Assembly (NCBI GenBank): GCA_002482815.1
Contig: DLGS01000364.1
Span: 1-44,327 of the forward strand
DNA: 44,327 bases
From: Bacteroidetes bacterium UBA7688
Lineage (GTDB): Bacteria; Bacteroidota; Bacteroidia; Chitinophagales; Chitinophagaceae
Direction: 5' to 3'
The position numbers and the translations under genes were made by a program. The notes under the pieces were generated by a model that worked only from the letters and a program-made list of their open reading frames with translations, searched no databases and was not told where the DNA came from. This document shows positions 26,597 through 36,806 of the stretch, piece after piece (the stretch's first letter is position 1; each line of letters begins with the position of its first letter).

Positions 26597-27922
26597 TTAT
26601 AGAGATTCTACCAGTTCCTGGTAATAATCAAGACCAAGATGTGTGATCAGATCTTCACCCATCATGTGACGCAAAGTATTTTGCAGCTTGATCAATTGTT
26701 TGAAGATATCATGTTCAGCTTTCAGGCCTTCTGCAGTTTGTGGTGCTTTGAAGTAGAAAGACAACCACTCCTGAATTCCACTCATGTTTGCACGGTGAGC
26801 CAGATCCATAAACAAAGCCAGATCCAATACAATAGGTGCAGCTAAGATAGAGTCGCGGCAAAGGAAGTTAATCTTGATCTGCATTTGATAACCTAACCAT
26901 CCGAAGATGTCAATGTTATCCCAACTTTCTTTATTGTCACCATGAGGAGGATAGTAGTTGATGCGTACTTTGTGGTACAGATCTCCATACAATTCAGGGT
27001 TAATATCTGCGTTCAGAATTTCTTCCAGAACGCTCAGTTTCGAAACTTCTTTTGTTTTAAAATTATCCGGATCGTCCAGAACCAAACCGTCTCTGTTACC
27101 CAGAATGTTGGAAGAGAACCAACCTCTTACACCCAAAGCGCGTGCTTGTAAACCCGGTGCAACAATGGTTTTCATCAAGGTTTGACCGGTTTTGAAATCT
27201 TTACCTGCGATTGGAACATTCAATTCTTTCGACAAAGAAACTAATGCAGGAATATCAACAGTAAGATTTGGTGCGCCGTTTGCAAATGGCACATCAGACT
27301 TCAAGGCAGCATAAGCATAGATCATGCTTGGTGCAATGTTTACGTCATTGTTGCGAAGGCCTTCTTCGAAAGCTTCGATTGTTTGGTGAACAGCACCTTC
27401 TTCAATATATTTTTCAGTAGAAGCACACCAAACAATCACAACGCGGGTGCAGTTGTTCTCTTTTTTAAAGTTGGCTATATCTTCCATCAAAGCATTTGCC
27501 AGATCCATTTTGGTGGCAGCTTGTTTGATGTTGGTGCCATCCAGGTTTTTTACATAATCTCTGTCGAAAACCGCTTTCATTGGTTTGATTGCTTCAAGCT
27601 CAGGCTTGATGGCCATCAACAAGGTTGGCTCCAACACTTTTGCATTCATTGCAGATTGGTAAACGTTATCTTCGTAAACATCCCAGCCACCAAAAGCGAT
27701 TTCATTAAGGCCAGCCAAAGGCACGAAATCTTTAATGAGCGGGTAGCGGTTTTCTGTGCGTTTGCCCAGACGGATGTTCCCCATTTGTGTCAAAGATCCG
27801 ACAGGTTGAGACAATCCTTTTTTTATCGCTTCAACTCCTGCGATGACGGTAGTAGCTACCGCGCCAAGTCCGGGAATAAGGATGCCTAATTTCCCTTCGG
27901 CATTTTTGATTTGATACTCCAT
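26597..27922 (-). CDS. ino1: myo-inositol-1-phosphate synthase (MIPS)
   Basis: GLGAVATT, FGGWD, WCASTE, FANGAPN, GKDFKTGQT, NILGNRDG, GDNKESWD and CRDSILAAP. Confidence 0.95.
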   Translation of the reverse strand: MEYQIKNAEGKLGILIPGLGAVATTVIAGVEAIKKGLSQPVGSLTQMGNIRLGKRTENRYPLIKDFVPLAGLNEIAFGGWDVYEDNVYQSAMNAKVLEPTLLMAIKPELEAIKPMKAVFDRDYVKNLDGTNIKQAATKMDLANALMEDIANFKKENNCTRVVIVWCASTEKYIEEGAVHQTIEAFEEGLRNNDVNIAPSMIYAYAALKSDVPFANGAPNLTVDIPALVSLSKELNVPIAGKDFKTGQTLMKTIVAPGLQARALGVRGWFSSNILGNRDGLVLDDPDNFKTKEVSKLSVLEEILNADINPELYGDLYHKVRINYYPPHGDNKESWDNIDIFGWLGYQMQIKINFLCRDSILAAPIVLDLALFMDLAHRANMSGIQEWLSFYFKAPQTAEGLKAEHDIFKQLIKLQNTLRHMMGEDLITHLGLDYYQELVESL

Positions 27923-27994
27923 TTGTTTTTGTTGTTTTTATTTAATCATTGCGCGGTGCGCAAAATGTTTCGTTATTAAAAGGCCTTAAAAAAT

Positions 27995-28987
27995 CTAAAG
28001 CCACTTGTTTTCTTTGTACCATTTTAATGTTTCCTGCAAACCGCTTTCCAGGTTATACTTTGGCTCATACCCTAATTCATTTCTGGCCCTTTCGATATTG
28101 CACTTCCAGTTTTCCGCAGCCAATTCATTTAGTTTTTCCAGGCTTAAGGTTGGTGGCTTATTTGCGCTGCTTATTTTTTCCAATCCACCCGCTATCATTT
28201 TCACCAAACTCATTGGAACATGAAATTTCAACGTTTTTTTGTTCAGAATTCTCTTTGAAAGAGCCGCCAGTTCATATCTTCCGTAAGCATTTCCATCTGT
28301 AATATTGTACGTGCCGTTTTGTGTTTCCGAAGTCAGCGCTTTTACAGCCAGTGTTGCCAGGTCTTTTACATAGACAAAACTCAACCATTGACTTTTGCGT
28401 CCGATATAGGGCTCCAGCCCTGTATTAAGTGTTTTGAACCATATAAAAATATCCTTTTCCCTCGGCCCGTATACTGCAGTGGGGCGAAGTATAATTACAG
28501 GCAAATTTTCTATTCGCGCCAGCATTGTTTCTGCCAGCAATTTACTTTGTCCGTAATCGGTAACAGGCTGAGGTTTGCCATTCTCTGCCACACCGGTTTC
28601 GTCATCGTATTTTACCGGACCAACTGATGCCAGGCTGCTCAAAAACACAAATTTTTTCACCTGAAAAGCGTCTGCAACTTCTGCCAGATTTTGTGTGTAT
28701 TGTGCATTTACATTGTTGTACTCATCGAGGCTGCGGGCTTTTGTCATTCCTGCAGCATGAATAATGTAATCGTACCTGTTTTCTTCAAAATTTTTTCTGA
28801 TTGCTTCTTTATCAGAAAAGTCAATCGTTGTAAAATTGATGTTCAAATGCTTGAGTTGCTCCGTAACACTACTGGCGCGCACTGCGGCAAAAACCTCAAG
28901 GCCTGCCTTTAAGGCAGCTTCTATAAGATGAAAGCCTACAAACCCACTTGCCCCCGTAATTAATATTTTTTTATTGTTATTCATCAA
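27995..28987 (-). CDS. NAD-dependent epimerase/dehydratase (extended SDR); candidate 3-keto-ceramide/3-ketosphinganine reductase
   Basis: ITGASGFVG, HAAG, FLSS, YGQSK and LRPTAVYGP. The specific role is inferred from context only. Confidence 0.8.
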   Translation of the reverse strand: MMNNNKKILITGASGFVGFHLIEAALKAGLEVFAAVRASSVTEQLKHLNINFTTIDFSDKEAIRKNFEENRYDYIIHAAGMTKARSLDEYNNVNAQYTQNLAEVADAFQVKKFVFLSSLASVGPVKYDDETGVAENGKPQPVTDYGQSKLLAETMLARIENLPVIILRPTAVYGPREKDIFIWFKTLNTGLEPYIGRKSQWLSFVYVKDLATLAVKALTSETQNGTYNITDGNAYGRYELAALSKRILNKKTLKFHVPMSLVKMIAGGLEKISSANKPPTLSLEKLNELAAENWKCNIERARNELGYEPKYNLESGLQETLKWYKENKWL

Positions 28988-28994
28988 AAAAATC

Positions 28995-30131
28995 TTACAG
29001 GCTTTGTGTTTTAAGATGGTCCTTCGTATACGATCGCCTTCTTAAATGTTGGCGATGTTCAAATGCTTCGAACATTCCAAATGAATCGTGGTTGTTTTCT
29101 AAAATATGGCTTGTAATGGCAGTTTTTATACCGTTATCAATATAGGCTTGCATCAACTCGTTGTAAAAAATGGTCAGCACACCCTTCTTTTTATATTTTG
29201 GATTTACCCCTTGCAGATGCATATCTACCGTATCGTTGCGATACAGAGCATTAAGAATGTGGATAAAGCCAAATGGGTATAGTTTACCTTTTGCTTTTAT
29301 GAGTGCTTTGGAAATAGAGAGAATAGAAATGCCAAAACCCGCAACATCATCATCCTCGTCGATAACAAAACATACATATTTTGGGTTAATCAATGAAAAA
29401 TAAAGCTTGGTGTAATGCTTTATCTGAGCATCCGACAAGGGTACAAATTCATACAACTCCTGAAAAGCCCCATTGAGTGTGTGAAACATCTTTTCGGCAT
29501 AAGGCAAAAAGTCTTTCGAGCTTTTAGCTTTCAGGACGCGCAATCCATACTTTTCCATTACAATATTCGCCATCCTGCTAATGCGCTGTGGCACCTCCTT
29601 CGGTACTTTTATTTCAAACTGTAACCAATCGACATCTTTTTTGTAGCCCCATTTTTCGATATGCGTGGGGTAGTAAGCATGATTGTACAGAACAGCTTGC
29701 GTGCTCATTTCATCAAAACCTTCAACAAGCATCCCTTCCAAATCCATATCAGTAAAGCCTAAGGGGCCTTTGGCTACATTCATGCCTTTGGATACACCCC
29801 AATTTTCAACGGTCGCAAATAATGCTTGCGAAACCTTTTCGTCATCTATAAAATCTAACCAACCTACCCGTACACATTTCTCATTAAAAAGCTCATTAGA
29901 TTTAGTATTAATAATACCTGCTATGCGACCCACAATTTTATTATCCCTGTAAGCTAAAAAGTATGCAGCTTCACAATATTCGAAAGCAGGGTTTTTCGAC
30001 CAGTCTAATGTCGCAATTTCCAAACTATGCAAGGGTGTGGCCCTGTAAGGATTGGTTTTGTATAGTGTATCCGCAAAACTGATAAACTGTTTCAGTTGTT
30101 TTTGCGACTTTACCTCTATGATTTCTATCAT
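28995..30131 (-). CDS. GNAT-fold protein, bacterial ceramide synthase (bCerS)-like
   Basis: 378 aa with KNPAFEYC, VGRIAGIIN, GPLGFTDMDLEGMLVEGF, YNHAYYP, GKLYPFG and ILENN. It lies directly downstream of spt. Confidence 0.75.
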   Translation of the reverse strand: MIEIIEVKSQKQLKQFISFADTLYKTNPYRATPLHSLEIATLDWSKNPAFEYCEAAYFLAYRDNKIVGRIAGIINTKSNELFNEKCVRVGWLDFIDDEKVSQALFATVENWGVSKGMNVAKGPLGFTDMDLEGMLVEGFDEMSTQAVLYNHAYYPTHIEKWGYKKDVDWLQFEIKVPKEVPQRISRMANIVMEKYGLRVLKAKSSKDFLPYAEKMFHTLNGAFQELYEFVPLSDAQIKHYTKLYFSLINPKYVCFVIDEDDDVAGFGISILSISKALIKAKGKLYPFGFIHILNALYRNDTVDMHLQGVNPKYKKKGVLTIFYNELMQAYIDNGIKTAITSHILENNHDSFGMFEAFEHRQHLRRRSYTKDHLKTQSL

Positions 30132-30201
30132 GCTTTAATATTTTGATTGTATTCGGTAAGAATAGCTAACTCTTTTGATGTGGAATCTGTCCGAATATTT
30201 A

Positions 30202-31410
<1,209 letters not shown>

Positions 31411-31470
31411 TCACATTGTGTTTTAAGATGAATAAAAATATTGCCATTAGCAACCCTGAAGTTTTTACGT

Positions 31471-31497
31471 TTAGACCAAAAACGTATTTTGTTCAAA
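31471..31497. promoter_or_regulatory. Candidate TetR operator
   Basis: TTAGACCAAAA-ACGTA-TTTTGTTCAAA (9/11 inverted repeat), immediately downstream of the operon's -7 element. Confidence 0.5.
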
Positions 31498-31503
31498 TTT
31501 TGC

Positions 31504-31511
31504 CAAAGGTA
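31504..31511 (-). promoter_or_regulatory. Bacteroidota -7 promoter element of the spt operon (TACCTTTG)
   Basis: TAnnTTTG match about 93 nt upstream of the spt ATG. Confidence 0.6.
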
Positions 31512-31701
31512 GAAGGAAAGACTTAACCGAAAATTTAAATTCTGTTAATAATTGTCTAATCAAATATAGCGAAAAACAATTATTGAATTCAATAAAACGC
31601 TTATTTTGAACATTACAATTTTCAGGGAGTACACAACATATTGTATAAGCAACTTTAGAACTTCCTAAAGATTAATATGAACAGGCAAGAGAAGTTGGAG
31701 C

Positions 31702-31738
31702 AAAAAAAATGTGTAAACCAGAAAGTTTACACATTTTT
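31702..31738 (-). terminator. Intrinsic terminator of tRNA-Phe
   Basis: AAAAATGTGTAAAC-CAGAAA-GTTTACACATTTTT, 5 nt after the tRNA 3' end. Confidence 0.88.
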
Positions 31739-31743
31739 GAGAG

Positions 31744-31816
31744 TGGTGCGAGAGGGATTTGAACCCCCGACACATGGATTTTCAGTCCATTGCTCTACCA
31801 ACTGAGCTATCGCACC
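31744..31816 (-). tRNA. tRNA-Phe (GAA)
   Basis: Minus strand GGTGCGATAGCTCAGTTGGTAGAGCAATGGACTGAAAATCCATGTGTCGGGGGTTCAAATCCCTCTCGCACCA. It forms a cloverleaf with anticodon GAA, and CCA is not encoded. Confidence 0.97.
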
Positions 31817-31832
31817 GTTTTCAATTGGGTTG

Positions 31833-31840
31833 CAAATATA
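31833..31840 (-). promoter_or_regulatory. tRNA promoter -7 element (TATATTTG)
   Basis: TAnnTTTG 16 nt upstream of the tRNA, with a TTTG (-33-like) at 31859-31862. Confidence 0.7.
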
Positions 31841-31930
31841 GTGGCTTTTTTGAAAAAACAAAAAAGAATTTTATTTCTACCTAAATAAATAAGCGGCGTA
31901 AAAAATAGTTGGTTTATTGAAGTACTTTTT

Positions 31931-31938
31931 TATTTTTG
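31931..31938 (+). promoter_or_regulatory. Bacteroidota -7 promoter element (TATTTTTG)
   Basis: TAnnTTTG upstream of GTG 31973. Confidence 0.55.
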
Positions 31939-31972
31939 TAACAGATATATTTAAAACTAAAACTCACGAAAA

Positions 31973-32431
31973 GTGGCGTACGACAACAAAAACTACGGCG
32001 ACAACAACCGTAATAATGAAAGCATCTTTAGCAAAAGAGTAAAAGCCGGAAAAAGAAGAACTTATTTCTTTGACGTAAAAGCTACACGCGGAAACGATTA
32101 CTTCATTACAATTACTGAAAGTAAAAAGCGATTTGAAGATGATGGTTACGATAGACATAAAATGTTTATTTATAAAGAAGATTTCAACAAGTTTGCAGAA
32201 GCCCTGGTAGAAACAGTGAATTATGTAAAAACGGACTTAATGCCTGATTTTGATTTTGACGCCTTTAATCATGCAGACGATCAGGAGCAATACGAACAAA
32301 ATAAAGCAGAACAGATTAGCAATGACAGTACAGCATCTGAACTGGCAATAGAAGAACCTACCGAAACAATCGCGGTTGCTGCCGCACCGGTGGAAGATAA
32401 CAGCAGTGATGTTGAAGCCTGGAAAATCTAA
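31973..32431 (+). CDS. DUF3276 / PUR-family DNA/RNA-binding protein
   Basis: IFSKRVKAGKRRTYFFDVKATRGNDYFITITESKK...HKMFIYKEDF, followed by an acidic tail. Confidence 0.9.
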   Translation: MAYDNKNYGDNNRNNESIFSKRVKAGKRRTYFFDVKATRGNDYFITITESKKRFEDDGYDRHKMFIYKEDFNKFAEALVETVNYVKTDLMPDFDFDAFNHADDQEQYEQNKAEQISNDSTASELAIEEPTETIAVAAAPVEDNSSDVEAWKI

Positions 32432-32451
32432 ATTTTAACCCAATATTGTGT

Positions 32452-32488
32452 GGCCTGATTTGATGTTTTCATTTCAGGCCTTTTTTTT
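32452..32488 (+). terminator. Intrinsic terminator
   Basis: GGCCTGA...TCAGGCC followed by eight T. Confidence 0.82.
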
Positions 32489-32514
32489 GAATTAGGTTTG
32501 GCTGAATTTGTCAC

Positions 32515-32522
32515 TACATTTG
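32515..32522 (+). promoter_or_regulatory. Bacteroidota -7 promoter element (TACATTTG)
   Basis: TAnnTTTG upstream of GTG 32568. Confidence 0.55.
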
Positions 32523-32567
32523 CCAGATACAGCTTGTCGCTTTGTTATTCAATAAAAAATTTATCCA

Positions 32568-33557
32568 GTGAAAGCCATTATTCCTGTTGCCGGCGCCGGC
32601 ACAAAATTGAGACCCTTAACGTATACTCAACCCAAAGCTCTGATTCCGATTGCAGGAAAGACAATCTTAAGTGTTATTGTCGATCAGCTGATTGATGCGG
32701 GAGTTTCTGAATTTGTTTTCGTAATCGGTTATCTCGGCGAAAAAATCCAGGATTATGTAGCACACCAATATCCTCAACTGAAATGCAGTTTTGTAACACA
32801 AAATGACAGGAAGGGTACCGGGCATGCCATCTGGCTTACCCGGGATAAAATTGAAGACGAAGAAATTATTATCGTGCTGGGCGATACCATCTGCGATTAT
32901 GATTTAAAAAAAGTCTTTAACAGTCCGGTTTCATTGATTGGATTGCAAAAAGTAGATGATCCCAGAAGTTTCGGTGTGGCAGAATTAGGAGAAAATGATA
33001 AAGTTCTGCACGTAATTGAGAAACCACTGATACCCAAATCCAACATGGCAATGGTTGGGATTTATTTTATCAAAGAAACGAAAATCTTGTTTGAAGCATT
33101 AGATGCGGTTTTGCAAAAAGAACCCATGCCGTCAGGAGAATATCCTTTAACCAATGCGCTGGAATTCATGATTTGTAAGAACGGAGTTCGTTTTGATGCT
33201 TTCAAGGTTAATACCTGGTTTGATTGCGGAAAGAAGGAAACGCTTTTGACAACAAACGCGACTTTGTTGAAAAAAACGGACAACCGCAGTGCTGAAGCTC
33301 AACTGGATACTGTTATTATTCACCCGGTAAGCATTGCAAAAGGTTGTGTAATCAAAAACTCAATCATCGGCCCTAACGTTACTATTGGAGAGTCTACCAA
33401 AATCGAATTTTCAATTATTAAGAATTCAATTATTGGTTCTTATGCCGAACTGGAAGATGTTCTTCTTCATGGTTCTATCATTGGGAATGATGCATTTGTA
33501 CGAGGAAGCAGCCAAAGTCTAAATATTGGTGATAATACAGAAATCGATTTGCGATAG
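32568..33557 (+). CDS. Sugar-phosphate nucleotidyltransferase (glucose-1-phosphate thymidylyltransferase long-form-like)
   Basis: IPVAGAGTKLRPLTYTQPKALIPIAGK, LGD, EKP and WFDCG, with C-terminal hexapeptide repeats. Confidence 0.9.
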   Translation: MKAIIPVAGAGTKLRPLTYTQPKALIPIAGKTILSVIVDQLIDAGVSEFVFVIGYLGEKIQDYVAHQYPQLKCSFVTQNDRKGTGHAIWLTRDKIEDEEIIIVLGDTICDYDLKKVFNSPVSLIGLQKVDDPRSFGVAELGENDKVLHVIEKPLIPKSNMAMVGIYFIKETKILFEALDAVLQKEPMPSGEYPLTNALEFMICKNGVRFDAFKVNTWFDCGKKETLLTTNATLLKKTDNRSAEAQLDTVIIHPVSIAKGCVIKNSIIGPNVTIGESTKIEFSIIKNSIIGSYAELEDVLLHGSIIGNDAFVRGSSQSLNIGDNTEIDLR

Positions 33558-35450
33558 ATGGTTCAAAGCAGGTTAAAACGATTTCTTCTTCAATTTCTAT
33601 TGCTTATAATTTTCTATTTTATAAGCCGGTGCATTTTCACAGCAATTAACCTGAAAGAGTTTGAAGACGTGACTTATACCGGGTTTTTGAAAGTTGCTTT
33701 TTACGCACTTCGCTTTGATATTTCTGCTATTCTCTCTGTTAATTCTTTCTACATTTTTTTGCTGTTTATCCCTTTTCGCCCCCTTCGTTTATTATGGTGG
33801 GAAAGGGCGAATCAGGTGATTTTTATTTTTTTAAATAGCCTTGCTTTCTTATTTGAATTCGCAGATTGGGCATATTTTCCTTACAATAAAAAGCGGGCTA
33901 CGGCTGACATCTTGGATTTGATAAGTCGAAAAGCTGATTTTTTAAATTTACTTCCAGGCCTGTTGGTAGATTTTTGGTTCGTGCCAGTTGGTGCTATGCT
34001 GATGTTGTTTGCTTTTATAAAAATCAACAATAAAATTGTTTTACTGACATCACCAAAGCCTGATGAAAAAAATAATTTTTGGAAGTCGGTATTCATTTTT
34101 GTTTGTGTTGCTATCGTCAGCATTATTGGTATACGCGGAGGGATGCAATATGTTCCGATTGGCATACGGAATGTAGGAGAATGCGTTGACAGTAAATATG
34201 CAGCAATTGTTTTGAATACACCCTTCTCTATTATTTCCAGTTTTCAAAACGCACGACTTGAAGAGGAGGTTTATTATGACCGGGAAACATTGAAAAAATA
34301 TCTCAACACCACAAAAAATTATTCAGAACAGGACTTTAAAAAGAAGAATGTTGTCGTTGTTATTTTAGAAAGTTTTTCGAAAGAATTTACAGGAATCGGG
34401 GGAATGAAGAGCTATACTCCTTTTTTGGATAGCCTGATGAAACAATCGCTTGTCTGTACAAATGCTTTTGCAAATGGAAACAGGTCGGCTGATGGAATTC
34501 CGGCAATACTGGCGGGCATTCCAACGCTGCAGGAAGAACCGTTTACCACTAATATTTATGGTGCCAATGCGATAACTTCTATGGCAAACCTCTTGTCAAA
34601 AAAAGGGTATAGTTCAGCATTTTATCACGGCGGGTCGAATGGCACCATGGGTTTTGACCTGTTTGCACGAAACGCGGGGTTTCAGCATTTCAAAGGAAGA
34701 AATGAATACCCCGATAAGACGGATTATGATGGCCACTGGGGCATCTGGGATGAACCCTTTCTGCAGTATGCAGTCGACGATATTTCTGCGTCTTTAAAAG
34801 AACCTTTTTTAGCATCTGTATTTACTTTAAGTTCTCACCAACCCTATAAAATTCCCGAAAAGTATAAAGGCATATTCCCAAAGGGCGATCTGGAGATCCA
34901 TGAAACGATCGGCTATGCAGATTTTGCACTTAGAAGGTTTTTTGCATCAGCAAAAATGCAACCCTGGTACAATAATACTTTGTTTATTGTAGTGGCAGAT
35001 CATTGCTCCCCACTTTCAAATGACGATTACTATCATTACCATCAAGGACGTTTTGCTATACCAATTGTTTATTTTTCTCCCGGGGATACTTCATTAAAAG
35101 GTACGAATGAATACCTCACCCAGCAAATTGATATCCTTCCTTCGGTAATGGATTATCTGGATTTTACCGATTCGTTTTTTGCTTTTGGAAACAGTGTTTT
35201 TTCTGAGGCACAGTATCGATACACTGTTCAGCATTGGAATGGAGAAATATTATGGACAATGGATAATTATTTCCTCCATGCCTGGGGGAAAAATCCTGAT
35301 GGTTTTTATGATGCAATAAACGACAAACTGAATAAGACCAACCTCCTTAACAGTAAAGATTCACTTGCAAAGCAACACTTTGATTATTTAAGAGCGTTCA
35401 GGCAATCTTATAATGATGCAATGATACATAATAAGCTAAAGCTTAAATAA
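33558..35450 (+). CDS. LTA synthase (LtaS)-family / sulfatase-fold membrane phosphotransferase
   Basis: About five N-terminal TM helices, NVVVVILESF, NGNRSADG, FTLSSHQPY, FIVVADH and QQIDILPS. Confidence 0.88.
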   Translation: MVQSRLKRFLLQFLLLIIFYFISRCIFTAINLKEFEDVTYTGFLKVAFYALRFDISAILSVNSFYIFLLFIPFRPLRLLWWERANQVIFIFLNSLAFLFEFADWAYFPYNKKRATADILDLISRKADFLNLLPGLLVDFWFVPVGAMLMLFAFIKINNKIVLLTSPKPDEKNNFWKSVFIFVCVAIVSIIGIRGGMQYVPIGIRNVGECVDSKYAAIVLNTPFSIISSFQNARLEEEVYYDRETLKKYLNTTKNYSEQDFKKKNVVVVILESFSKEFTGIGGMKSYTPFLDSLMKQSLVCTNAFANGNRSADGIPAILAGIPTLQEEPFTTNIYGANAITSMANLLSKKGYSSAFYHGGSNGTMGFDLFARNAGFQHFKGRNEYPDKTDYDGHWGIWDEPFLQYAVDDISASLKEPFLASVFTLSSHQPYKIPEKYKGIFPKGDLEIHETIGYADFALRRFFASAKMQPWYNNTLFIVVADHCSPLSNDDYYHYHQGRFAIPIVYFSPGDTSLKGTNEYLTQQIDILPSVMDYLDFTDSFFAFGNSVFSEAQYRYTVQHWNGEILWTMDNYFLHAWGKNPDGFYDAINDKLNKTNLLNSKDSLAKQHFDYLRAFRQSYNDAMIHNKLKLK

Positions 35451-35468
35451 TTTTAAAGATGATTCCCT

Positions 35469-35476
35469 TACATTTG
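35469..35476 (+). promoter_or_regulatory. Bacteroidota -7 promoter element (TACATTTG)
   Basis: TAnnTTTG 26 nt upstream of ATG 35503. Confidence 0.55.
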
Positions 35477-35502
35477 CTTCAATAATAAAAATCAATTTAT
35501 CA

Positions 35503-35961
35503 ATGATACATGCACATAGTTTTCTGCGCTGGGTAGTTATAATTTTAGCCCTGCTTACCATCATCAAGAGTTTCAGTGGTATGAATAGTAAAAAAGCATT
35601 TGGTGCATCAGACCGGAAGATGCCTTTGTTTTTTATGATATCAATGGATATTCAACTTTTGTTGGGTCTGGCTCTTTATTTTACCGGCGCATGGGGTGTG
35701 AAAAATATTCAGAATCAGGGAATGGCAAGTGTGATGAAAGATAGTCTTAGCCGCTTTTTTGCTATTGAACATACAGTTGGAATGTTCCTGGCAATCATCT
35801 TTGCACACGTTGCATTCGCGGCTACAAAAAAACAGATGGATGATACCGCAAAATTTAAAAGAATCTTTATCTTTTCGTTGCTGTCGTTGGTAGCAATATT
35901 GGTATCAATCCCATGGCCATTCCGCGAGATGATAGGTCGCCCTTTATTCCCGGGAATGTAA
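35503..35961 (+). CDS. Four-TM membrane protein (cytochrome b-like hypothetical)
   Basis: HSFLRW, DIQLLLGLALY, RFFAIEH and IPWP, with His residues in the TM helices. Confidence 0.75.
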   Translation: MIHAHSFLRWVVIILALLTIIKSFSGMNSKKAFGASDRKMPLFFMISMDIQLLLGLALYFTGAWGVKNIQNQGMASVMKDSLSRFFAIEHTVGMFLAIIFAHVAFAATKKQMDDTAKFKRIFIFSLLSLVAILVSIPWPFREMIGRPLFPGM

Positions 35962-35968
35962 CTTTTAC

Positions 35969-36709
35969 ATGGTTCGAAAAATACTACAACCCTTTTATAC
36001 AGGGTATGTGATTTTAATTTTTACGGCAACACTTTTTATAGTGTTGCCCTTTTATTTGTTGTTTAGTATTCCAAACAACAAAGTTTACCGCAAAAAAATG
36101 TGGATGCTTTCCCGGATCTGGGCACGGGTATGGTTATGGCTTACCGGAATGCCGGTCCGATTAAACGGAAAAATCCCTGATACTGACAGATATGTAGTTG
36201 TTTCAAACCATGTTTCCTATCTGGATCCGATTGTTATTTTTGATGTATTGCCCTGGTATTTCAGACCGCTTGCCAAAAAAGAGCTTTCCAAAGCGCCGGT
36301 GTTTGGATTTATCTATGGTCAAATGGCCCTGATGGTTGACAGGAGTAATCCATACAGCCGGGCAAAAAGTATGCGTCTCATGTGGCGGGCTTTGCGAAAT
36401 GAGTGTAGCATTTTCCTGTACCCTGAAGGGACTTTTAATGAAAGTGAGGAACCAATGAAATCTTTTTACGATGGAGCATTCAGATTAGCTATCAATTCGG
36501 GTAAACCAATATTGCCAATTCTGTTTCCAGATACTAAAGAACGATGGCATTATAGCCACTGGTGGAAGATCTGGCCGGGAAAAAACAGGGCATTTGTATT
36601 GGATGTTATTCCGGTTGATGGCTTGACATTAGAAGATTTGGAAGAGCTGAAAAACACCGCCTATTGTATGATGAGTGAGGCTATGAAAGATTGTATAAAA
36701 CAGGAGTAG
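35969..36709 (+). CDS. plsC: 1-acyl-sn-glycerol-3-phosphate (lysophospholipid) acyltransferase family
   Basis: HX4D motif NHVSYLD, AKKEL, YPEGT and GAFRLA. The exact substrate is uncertain. Confidence 0.85.
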   Translation: MVRKILQPFYTGYVILIFTATLFIVLPFYLLFSIPNNKVYRKKMWMLSRIWARVWLWLTGMPVRLNGKIPDTDRYVVVSNHVSYLDPIVIFDVLPWYFRPLAKKELSKAPVFGFIYGQMALMVDRSNPYSRAKSMRLMWRALRNECSIFLYPEGTFNESEEPMKSFYDGAFRLAINSGKPILPILFPDTKERWHYSHWWKIWPGKNRAFVLDVIPVDGLTLEDLEELKNTAYCMMSEAMKDCIKQE

Positions 36710-36806
36710 TATAATCTTGTAAGCATTTAATAAAATTATGAAAGCATAAACCCGCATTATAGCTGTAATATGCACCGCGGTGTTTTTGCACCAATGACAA
36801 AATAGA

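Noticed and set aside
27383-27889. 168 aa plus-strand ORF, and similar short ORFs inside long genes
   Set aside because: They lie antisense or out of frame within well-supported genes such as ino1, have no motifs, and are explained by codon-bias shadows.
31744-31816. tRNA-Phe as the integration site of the lipid operon
   Set aside because: I found no duplicated tRNA 3' end near 19050-20200 or elsewhere by eye, there is no integrase, and the tRNA's own terminator is intact.
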